A DNA stretch of 41,190 nt from a virus, in the IMG/VR virus record IMGVR_UViG_3300027533_000012, positions 1-41,190 of that record. One strand, written 5' to 3'. The notes below the pieces were generated by a model. It made no database searches. It had not been told where the DNA came from and saw only the letters and a program-made list of their open reading frames with translations. The translations under genes were made by a program, and so were the position numbers. Within the stretch, counting starts at the first letter, position 1. Each line of letters starts with the position of its first letter. Below, one piece after another: positions 16,328 to 23,164 of the stretch.

Positions 16328-17622
16328 GCGCCTACGCCGACTTCCTCGACAAGAAGCGCCGCGTGGCCGCACCGCTCGGCATCGGCCTCGAGGCCCCACT
16401 GCCTGACCTGCTCTTTCCGTGGCAGCGCGCCATTGTGAAATGGGCGGCGAAGAAAGGCCGTGCCGCGATTTTTGCTGATTGCGGACTCGGCAAGACGTTC
16501 ATGCAACTGGCCTGGGCGCAGGCGATGGGCGCCAAGACGCTGATTCTGGCCCCGCTCTGTGTCGCCGAACAGACCGCCGATGAAGCCTCGAAGCTCGGGA
16601 TGGTCGTGCCGTATGCCCGAAAACAGGCCGAGGCCATCGGCGCCTACAGCATCACGAATTACGAACGGCTCGACGACTTTGACCTCTCCCAGTTCGGCGC
16701 GGTCGTGCTCGACGAGTCCAGCATCCTGAAAGCCTTCGACGGGACCACGCGCACGAAGTTGATTGAAGCGTGCGCCCGTGTCCCGTATCGGCTCTGCTGC
16801 ACGGCCACCCCGAGCCCGAACGACATCAGCGAACTCGCCAACCATGCCGAGTTCCTGGGGCTGATGACCCGTGCCGAGTTTCTGGCGTCCTGGTTCATTC
16901 ACGACAGCGACGGCTGGCGGATGAAGGGCCACGCGCGGCAACCGTTCTACCGCTGGCTGGCCTCGTGGGCGATTGCGTTCCGGAAACCGTCTGACCTCGG
17001 CTATTCGGATGACGGATTCGTGCTGCCGGAACTCGTCATCAAGGACCACATCCTCGAAGTCGATGGGCCTGCGTCTGGTTCGCTGTTCCCCGAGATGGGC
17101 ACCAAGGGACTCAAGGGCCGTCTCAGCGCCCGCAGGGCTTCACTGGAGTCACGGACGGAGGAATGCGCGCGTCTCGTGCTGCATCATGCGCCCCAGTGCC
17201 AGTGGCTCGTCTGGTGCGGCCTCAACGAGGAGAGCGAGACGGTCGCTGAACTGACGGGAGGCCTCGAAGTCTCCGGGGCAGACAGTTACGACGAGAAGCG
17301 CCATGCCGTCCTGAGTTTCACGTCGGGCGAGACGCGGACGCTCATCAGCAAGCCGCGGATTCTCGGCTACGGCATGAACTTCCAGCACTGCCACCACGCC
17401 ATCTTCGTCGGCCTCGGCGACAGCTACGAGCAGTATTACCAGGCCATCCGCCGATGCTGGCGGTTCGGGCAAAAAACGAAGGTCACGGCGCATATCGTCA
17501 TCTCGGAAGCCGAGCGCGTGATCGTGGAGAATGTCCGTCGCAAGGAAGCCGCCGCCGCGGACTTGTCCGCATCCCTGATTGACCATATGCGCGATTTTGA
17601 GCGCGAGGAGTTAGCCGTATGA
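16324..17622 (+). CDS. SNF2/DEAD-like superfamily-2 helicase
   Basis: 432 aa. Motif I is DCGLGKT, motif II is VLDESS, CCTATPSPN is present, and the C-terminal helicase lobe has YGMNFQ and QAIRRCWRFGQ. Confidence 0.85.
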   Translation: MSAYADFLDKKRRVAAPLGIGLEAPLPDLLFPWQRAIVKWAAKKGRAAIFADCGLGKTFMQLAWAQAMGAKTLILAPLCVAEQTADEASKLGMVVPYARKQAEAIGAYSITNYERLDDFDLSQFGAVVLDESSILKAFDGTTRTKLIEACARVPYRLCCTATPSPNDISELANHAEFLGLMTRAEFLASWFIHDSDGWRMKGHARQPFYRWLASWAIAFRKPSDLGYSDDGFVLPELVIKDHILEVDGPASGSLFPEMGTKGLKGRLSARRASLESRTEECARLVLHHAPQCQWLVWCGLNEESETVAELTGGLEVSGADSYDEKRHAVLSFTSGETRTLISKPRILGYGMNFQHCHHAIFVGLGDSYEQYYQAIRRCWRFGQKTKVTAHIVISEAERVIVENVRRKEAAAADLSASLIDHMRDFEREELAV

Positions 17623-18500
17623 TCCGCCGCACCGACCAGCCCGACTGGACCCTCATCAACGATGACTGCATCGAGGCCCTCGGCCGGGAGATTGCCGACG
17701 ACAGCATCGACCTGTCCGTCTACTCACCGCCGTTCTCCAGCCTCTACACCTACTCGGCCAGTGAGCGCGACCTCGGGAATTGCGCCAACGAGGGCGAGTT
17801 CTTCGAGCACTACGCCTTCCTGATTCGGGAGATGTTCCGGGTCACGAAGCCGGGCCGTCATACCTGCGTCCATGTGGCGGAACTGACCAGCACGCTCCAG
17901 ACCCACGGCGTCATCGGGCTGATCGACTTCCCCGGCATGGTCATCCGGGCCTACATGGCGTGCGGCTGGACGTATCACGGCCGCGTGACCATCGACAAAG
18001 ACCCGCAGGCGCAGGCCATCCGGACGCATTCCAAGGGCCTCCTGTTCGTCCAACTCCGCAAGGATTCGACGTGGAGCCGACCGGCGCTGGCCGACACGAT
18101 TCTGATCTTCCGCAAGCCGGGAGAGAACGCCGTCGCCGTCAATCCCGACATCACCAACGACGACTGGATCGAATGGGCGCGGCCGATCTGGTATGGCATC
18201 CGCGAGTCGGACACGCTGAACGTGGACGTGGCCCGCGAGAACGACGACGAGCGCCACATCTGCCCGCTCCAACTCGGGACGATTGAACGCTGCATCCGGC
18301 TCTGGTCGAATCCGGGCGAACTCATCCTGTCTCCGTTCGCCGGCATCGGGTCCGAAGGCTACGAGGCCATCCGGTTGAATCGTCGGTATGTCGGCGTCGA
18401 ACTCAAGGCCAGCTATTACGACGTGGCTGTGCGGAATCTCCGAGCCGCCGAACAACTCCGGACGCAGGGCACGCTGTTCGCCGACGAGCACACGGCATGA
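17619..18500 (+). CDS. beta-class N4/N6 DNA methyltransferase (SPPF motif, possibly m4C)
   Basis: 293 aa. Catalytic motif IV (DLSVYSPPF) comes before AdoMet motif I (ILSPFAGIGSEG), the order typical of beta-class enzymes. There is a 4-nt overlap with the helicase gene. Confidence 0.85.
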   Translation: MIRRTDQPDWTLINDDCIEALGREIADDSIDLSVYSPPFSSLYTYSASERDLGNCANEGEFFEHYAFLIREMFRVTKPGRHTCVHVAELTSTLQTHGVIGLIDFPGMVIRAYMACGWTYHGRVTIDKDPQAQAIRTHSKGLLFVQLRKDSTWSRPALADTILIFRKPGENAVAVNPDITNDDWIEWARPIWYGIRESDTLNVDVARENDDERHICPLQLGTIERCIRLWSNPGELILSPFAGIGSEGYEAIRLNRRYVGVELKASYYDVAVRNLRAAEQLRTQGTLFADEHTA

Positions 18501-18850
18501 CCGCGGCGCCGACGCGCGAGATGATGACCCGCTTCGATGCCCTGCACCGGGAGCACTTCGGCACGAAGGCGCTGCTATTCGCCGGCAAGGATGCGGCACT
18601 GCTCGCCAAGCTCTGGCGGTCGCATGGCGAACTCGTCTACGACTGGATGCCCGCGTTCTTTCAGGCCCGTGACCCGTTTGTGGAGGCCCGAGGCTATACC
18701 GTGGGCATGTTCGTCTGGTTCGTGCCACGGCTGCTCGTGAAGCGCACGGTCCGGCCAGCGGATTACGGCGGCTGGCATGACGAGTGCGAGGCGCTGCATG
18801 GCGGGCGCTGCACCAATGCCCACTTCCATGCGGCCGTGATGCGTGGTTGA
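18497..18850 (+). CDS. hypothetical protein
   Basis: 117 aa with ATGA coupling to the methyltransferase gene. Confidence 0.55.
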   Translation: MTAAPTREMMTRFDALHREHFGTKALLFAGKDAALLAKLWRSHGELVYDWMPAFFQARDPFVEARGYTVGMFVWFVPRLLVKRTVRPADYGGWHDECEALHGGRCTNAHFHAAVMRG

Positions 18851-18876
18851 CAGACTGACTACGTAGAGCGTAAGCT
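18847..18876 (+). promoter_or_regulatory. internal sigma70-like promoter
   Basis: TTGACA (18847-18852, overlapping the preceding TGA stop), an 18-nt spacer, then TAAGCT (18871-18876). Confidence 0.45.
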
Positions 18877-18903
18877 ATGCGCTCAACGCTCACGAGGGAC
18901 ACG

Positions 18904-19440
18904 ATGAAACTGACCATTACCGAAGCACTCGCCGAGATCAAGACCATCACGAAGCGGCTGGAGAAGAAGCGCCAGTTCGTGGCGTCATATCTCCTGCGCG
19001 CGGAAGCCGCCAAAGACCCGCTCGAAAAGGACGGCGGCACGCCGCTCGTCCTCGCGCGTGAATCGCAGGCCATCGTGGACCTCGAGACGCGCATCGTCGC
19101 CATTCGCACGGGCATCCAGCAGGCCAATCACCGCATCGCCGTGACCGTCAGCGGCCAGACCAAGATGCTGGCCGAGTGGTTGACATGGCGCAAGGAAGTC
19201 GCGCCGGGCCGGCAGTCGTTTCTAGACCTGCAGCGGCGCACCATCGTCGCCAACCGCCAGAACTTCCAGAAGCAGCTGAACGCCAACCCGGATGATATCG
19301 GCCTCAAGATGGGTATCGCCGTTCAGGTCGATGAAGGCGCACTGGCGAAGGACGCCGAGACGATTGAGACGATTCTAGGCGCGCTCGACGGCCAGTTGTC
19401 GCTGAAGAACGCGACGGAGTTCATCGAACTCCCGGACTAG
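18904..19440 (+). CDS. DIP1984/septicolysin-like family protein (function unknown)
   Basis: 178 aa from ATG 18904, preceded by GAGGGA. MKLTITEALAEIKTITKRLEKK, IQQANHRIAV and LDGQLSLKNATEFIEL follow the family pattern as I remember it. Confidence 0.4.
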   Translation: MKLTITEALAEIKTITKRLEKKRQFVASYLLRAEAAKDPLEKDGGTPLVLARESQAIVDLETRIVAIRTGIQQANHRIAVTVSGQTKMLAEWLTWRKEVAPGRQSFLDLQRRTIVANRQNFQKQLNANPDDIGLKMGIAVQVDEGALAKDAETIETILGALDGQLSLKNATEFIELPD

Positions 19441-19488
19441 TTTAGGTTTCGCCTTGGGCAGCGAAGTGAGAGTAGACAGCGCACAACC

Positions 19489-19558
19489 GCTTGATTAGCT
19501 CAATTGGTAGAGCACGGGCTCACGCCCGGTGTAATGGGTTCGAATCCCATATCAAGCT
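19489..19558 (+). tRNA. tRNA-like gene with a truncated 4-nt anticodon loop (non-decoding or pseudo-tRNA)
   Basis: Acceptor stem GCTTGAT/ATCAAGC, D arm GCTC-AATTGGTA-GAGC, anticodon arm CGGGC-TCAC-GCCCG, variable region GTGTA, T arm ATGGG-TTCGAAT-CCCAT, then U73 followed by CC. Confidence 0.75.
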
Positions 19559-19586
19559 CCTGCATAGGAGCAACCGACACTCAGAA

Positions 19587-19657
19587 GTTGAATGTTGAAA
19601 CGATGAAATCTCAGGCTTTCAACGCTCACGACTGATGGTTGAACGATGCTTGAAATC
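19587..19657 (+). repeat. AT-rich cluster of GTTGAA/TTCAAC hexamers
   Basis: GTTGAA occurs at 19587, 19594 and 19638, TTCAAC at 19618 and CTTGAA at 19649. The composite units GTTGAAACGATGAAATC (19594-19610) and GTTGAACGATGCTTGAAATC (19638-19657) are imperfect direct repeats. Confidence 0.5.
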
Positions 19658-19765
19658 CAGCACTCACGGGAGGTCGTGGCGCAATCCACGGCATGGGCAC
19701 GCGAGGTCGCCCATTCTCCCCCGGCTGGCTGTTGTTGCGAGGCGAATCGTTTTTCTGGAGATGTA

Positions 19766-19912
19766 ATGAAGCACACGACCACGACGCGCGTCACGCGGCA
19801 CACCTGCCTCCGCTGCGATTACACCTGGATGCCGCGGTATCCGACCCCGCCCAAGGTCTGCCCGGTGTGTAAGTCGCTGCTCTGGCGCACGCGGAAGGGC
19901 GTGAAGCCATGA
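19766..19912 (+). CDS. small Zn-ribbon protein
   Basis: 48 aa from ATG 19766, preceded by GGAGA. Contains CLRC...CPVC. The upstream extension to 19646 has low GC3. Confidence 0.55.
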   Translation: MKHTTTTRVTRHTCLRCDYTWMPRYPTPPKVCPVCKSLLWRTRKGVKP

Positions 19913-20193
19913 CGTTGCGCCTCCCCGCCTCCGACCCCCGCGTGAGACAGGCGATCCAGGGGAAGCCGTGCCGGCATAACGGGACTTGGCTGATCGCTGG
20001 CGGCCGCTACGAATGGTGCTACGCCTGCGGTGCGCTCAGGACGACGCGCGAGACGGGCATCGCGGAATGCGTGGTGGACTCGCCGTGGCTGCGTCCAGTC
20101 GGCGTAAACGCACCGAACCCCTGGTCGAAGTGGGCGAAGGCGCGAGACTCGTTCCAGAAGCGCAGAGCGAATCGCGCACGGAAGGCCAGTTAA
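19909..20193 (+). CDS. hypothetical Cys-containing protein
   Basis: 94 aa with ATGA coupling. Confidence 0.5.
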   Translation: MTLRLPASDPRVRQAIQGKPCRHNGTWLIAGGRYEWCYACGALRTTRETGIAECVVDSPWLRPVGVNAPNPWSKWAKARDSFQKRRANRARKAS

Positions 20194-20498
20194 TGGGCTA
20201 CGCCCGCAAGGTGGACGCGAACCAGGCCGAGATCGTCGCCGCGCTCAGGAAGGCGGGCTATCTCGTGAAGGACTTGCGGAAGGCTGGCGACGGGGCACCG
20301 GATTTGCTCGTCGCTGGCGGGTGGACTGTGATGGGCGCACCGATGCCGGTGAAACTACTGGAAGTGAAGCGCGCGAAGGGCAAGCTCACGCAGGCCCAGT
20401 CGGCATGGCGAGAGCAGGGCTGGCCCGTGATTGTCGTGCGAACCGTGAGCGAAGCATTATCCGCGTGCGATGGACGCGGCGAGGTAGGCCATGACTGA
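20193..20498 (+). CDS. VRR-NUC / PD-(D/E)xK nuclease
   Basis: 101 aa from ATG 20193 (TAATG coupling). GAPDLLV...VKLLEVKRAKGKLTQAQSAWREQGWPVIVV matches the D...E-x-K core and the LSxxQ segment of VRR-NUC proteins. Confidence 0.7.
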   Translation: MGYARKVDANQAEIVAALRKAGYLVKDLRKAGDGAPDLLVAGGWTVMGAPMPVKLLEVKRAKGKLTQAQSAWREQGWPVIVVRTVSEALSACDGRGEVGHD

Positions 20499-20796
20499 GC
20501 GCGACGAGACGACGCGGCCCCTGACGGCCGAGATGGTGAAGCGATTGCGGGCTGAAGTTGCAGACATGCTTGAGCCACCAGCGTGGTCGCGCATGCACAT
20601 CGAGCCACTGACGTTGCTGGCCCTTCTGGACGCCCTCGACGCCCGAGAGGCGCAGACGTGCGGGACGTGTAAGTGCGCCGTGAAGTGGAACGAAGGGTTG
20701 ACCCTCTGTGAGATTGGCGTGCGCCGAGACGCCGACCTGATGATCAACCCCATCGCGTTCGGCTGCAACCAGTGGGCCGCGAAGGAGCCAAAGTGA
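20491..20796 (+). CDS. hypothetical protein
   Basis: 101 aa containing CGTCKC. Confidence 0.5.
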   Translation: MTERDETTRPLTAEMVKRLRAEVADMLEPPAWSRMHIEPLTLLALLDALDAREAQTCGTCKCAVKWNEGLTLCEIGVRRDADLMINPIAFGCNQWAAKEPK

Positions 20797-21161
20797 AGGC
20801 GATCACGATTTGCCAGCCCTACGCCGACATGATCGCGAAGGGCGAGAAGGTCATCGAGAACCGGACGTGGCCGACGAATCTGCGAGGACGCATCGCCATT
20901 CACGCGGGCAAGTCTCGCGAATGGCTCGACGACGGAGACGAGGTCGCGCGTCCAGGCATGCCGTTCGGTGCCATCGTCGCCACGGCCGTCCTCTACGACT
21001 GCCAGCGAGTCGAGAAGTTACACGCCGACCTGCAAGGCAGAGACGACGCCAACGGGCCGTGGTGCTTTCTGCTATGCGACGTGCAGGCATTCACTGAGCC
21101 TATTCCCGCGAATGGCGCGCAGGGATTTTGGGAGTGGGCGGAGAAGGAGCCGAGGACATGA
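20793..21161 (+). CDS. ASCH domain protein
   Basis: 122 aa from GTG 20793, preceded by GAAGGAG. KAITICQPYADMIAKGEKVIENRTWPTNLRGRIAIHAGK is a typical ASCH N-terminus. Confidence 0.7.
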   Translation: MKAITICQPYADMIAKGEKVIENRTWPTNLRGRIAIHAGKSREWLDDGDEVARPGMPFGAIVATAVLYDCQRVEKLHADLQGRDDANGPWCFLLCDVQAFTEPIPANGAQGFWEWAEKEPRT

Positions 21162-21547
21162 GCCTGTTGGGACGTGACCCTGACGCTGACGAGCCGCCCG
21201 CGCCGCGATGTGTGCAGTGCGGGCAGGAGCGTGGCCCCTCGCATACGGCCGCAAATCACCTTTGGACGCCCGCGCCGGAAGGCCCCTACACGTTGATAGC
21301 GCACGGAGGCCCCGCGCCGACGTTCACGGCTGAGGAGTTTGATGCTGCTGCCGTGCATAAGCGGAAGGTTGCCGGGTATTGGCGAAGTCTCGACGTGCAA
21401 CACGAGGTCGTGCGATTTGAGAAGGACGCTGAGATGCTGGAGTTCGCCGCGTCCCTCGTCAGGCGGGAGGAGCAGCTAGTGGCCGCGTTGCGGAAAGTGA
21501 CGGATACGGTTGAACGCATGACGGCTAAAGCCACGGAGGCCCCATGA
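21158..21547 (+). CDS. hypothetical protein, first member of a junction-repeat gene trio
   Basis: 129 aa ending ...KATEAP. The stop/start junction is repeated at 21928-21955. Confidence 0.55.
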   Translation: MSLLGRDPDADEPPAPRCVQCGQERGPSHTAANHLWTPAPEGPYTLIAHGGPAPTFTAEEFDAAAVHKRKVAGYWRSLDVQHEVVRFEKDAEMLEFAASLVRREEQLVAALRKVTDTVERMTAKATEAP

Positions 21548-21945
21548 CCCCTGACCGCCCCGACGAGACGCTGGCACCGCTGCTGACGAAGTTGCGTGAG
21601 CCTGTCGTATTCCGCAGTCGATACGACAGCAGCCTGATGAACCTTGCGGCTGAGACTATCGAGCAGGAGCGCCGTCTCTCCGCCGAGAAGGACGCCACGA
21701 TTGCCGCGCTGACTGCGGCATGGGCTGACCGCGCGTCAAAACTTGCGGACACGCAGCACGGGCTGGAGACGCACGCGCGGATTACAGACCGCATGCTGGC
21801 CGAGAAGGACGCCACGATAGCCGACCTTGAACAACGAATCCGCAGGTTCTCGGAAGAAGTGCGGCACGTGTCGGTGCGGATGGCGAACAGCCTGATGACG
21901 CCTGAGCGATTGCGCGAGCTGCTGAAGCCCACGGAGGCCCCATGA
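21544..21945 (+). CDS. coiled-coil protein, paralogue of the N-terminal part of 21942..23156
   Basis: 133 aa starting MTPDRPDETLAPLLT and ending ...PTEAP. Contains two LSAEKDAT/LAEKDAT repeats. Confidence 0.55.
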   Translation: MTPDRPDETLAPLLTKLREPVVFRSRYDSSLMNLAAETIEQERRLSAEKDATIAALTAAWADRASKLADTQHGLETHARITDRMLAEKDATIADLEQRIRRFSEEVRHVSVRMANSLMTPERLRELLKPTEAP

Positions 21946-23156
21946 CCCCTGACCGCTGCGCCCGTTGTGGCGACACACGCGCCGACCACAAGGTCGAGTC
22001 GTGCCATGTATTCCACGCTGCCCCTGACCGCCCCGACGCCCTCGCGCCGATCCTGACGCCCGAAAACGCCGAGAAGGCACTGCGTCAGTTCGTGCGCGAC
22101 GTTCGCCCCGGTTCATGCCGCACTATTTCGTGCGCGTTGAACGGCACGTCCTGCGATTGCCCGCTGTGCCTCATCGACATCATCGCGGACAGGAACCAGC
22201 CCGAAACCGTCACGCTGCGCCGTCTCTCCGCCGAGAAGGACGCCAAGCTGGCCGAGATGAAGGCCCGGATCGAGAAACACGAAGCCACGCCGTGGCCCGG
22301 TTGCCGTGTCCTGTCCATCGGGGACGAGTGCGAATGCTCACTGTGTCGATCCGAAAAGACGCGCAATGGGTATCGCATCGAGCGCGACGAGGCCGAGCAC
22401 TACGCGAAGGAATTGCGGGCCGCCCAACTAGCCGAGCAGTCCGCCACCCTCGCGCGGCTGGAGAAGGAGCGGGACAGGATCGCAAGCTACGCGGCCTCAC
22501 TCGCCAAGTCACTATCACCGTTCCTGTGCGATTGGTGCCGTGGCACTGGCGAGGACAGCGACAACGATGGCCGAGGTCCGTGCGGATCGTGTGGCGCAAC
22601 CGGCTTTGTTCGGATCGATAAATTGCGCGAACGTCTCGCCGCCCGTGAGCAGGAGATCGCCACCCTGAAGGCCGAGCGGGACGAGATGGTCAAGTCGGAC
22701 CAGTTCCGCGCGTTCTTCGAGAAGTGTCGGCCCGTGCGTCAGCGCAACACCGAGGCGCGCGAAGCCGAACTCCAGAAGCTCCACGACGACGTGACGCACT
22801 GGATCATGGTCGCGGACGGCATCAACCACGACACCCGCTGCCCGAACCACTTCGCCGGAGACGCCCAGAGCCAACCGTGCTTACGCTGCCAACTGGAGCA
22901 GGCCCGGCAGCGGATCGCGCGGCTCACCGAGGCGCTGGAGACGGCACGAGGCGCACTCGCAGACATCTCGCAGTCGCGCGACATGAACCTGACGCTGGCC
23001 CGCAAGAAGGCCCGACGCATCTACGCAGCCACGTCGCTAGCCGACGCCCCGAGGACGGAGACAACATGCGACCACGTCTGGTTCTCGCTGGATATTAATC
23101 CACACCACGTCTCGTGCCAGAAGTGTGGCGCGAAAGCTCCTGACGGGCTATCCTAA
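21942..23156 (+). CDS. coiled-coil, multi-CxxC protein with a DnaJ-type zinc-finger element
   Basis: 404 aa starting MTPDRCARCG and containing PDRPDALAPILT and LSAEKDAKLAEM. CDWCRGTG is an exact CxxCxGxG and CGSCGATG is a near copy. Other Cys pairs are also present. Confidence 0.55.
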   Translation: MTPDRCARCGDTRADHKVESCHVFHAAPDRPDALAPILTPENAEKALRQFVRDVRPGSCRTISCALNGTSCDCPLCLIDIIADRNQPETVTLRRLSAEKDAKLAEMKARIEKHEATPWPGCRVLSIGDECECSLCRSEKTRNGYRIERDEAEHYAKELRAAQLAEQSATLARLEKERDRIASYAASLAKSLSPFLCDWCRGTGEDSDNDGRGPCGSCGATGFVRIDKLRERLAAREQEIATLKAERDEMVKSDQFRAFFEKCRPVRQRNTEAREAELQKLHDDVTHWIMVADGINHDTRCPNHFAGDAQSQPCLRCQLEQARQRIARLTEALETARGALADISQSRDMNLTLARKKARRIYAATSLADAPRTETTCDHVWFSLDINPHHVSCQKCGAKAPDGLS

Positions 23157-23164
23157 CCACGGCC

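Noticed and set aside
19489-19558. The tRNA-like element as an attP core for tRNA-targeted integration
   Set aside because: No integrase or excisionase is recognisable. A whole cloverleaf is present rather than just a 3' half. I kept this only as a minor alternative within the tRNA finding.
19646-19765. The N-terminal extension of ORF 19646..19912
   Set aside because: GC3 is about 58% here against more than 80% in real genes. It overlaps the GTTGAA repeat spacer, and a GGAGA-preceded ATG at 19766 starts the Zn-ribbon.
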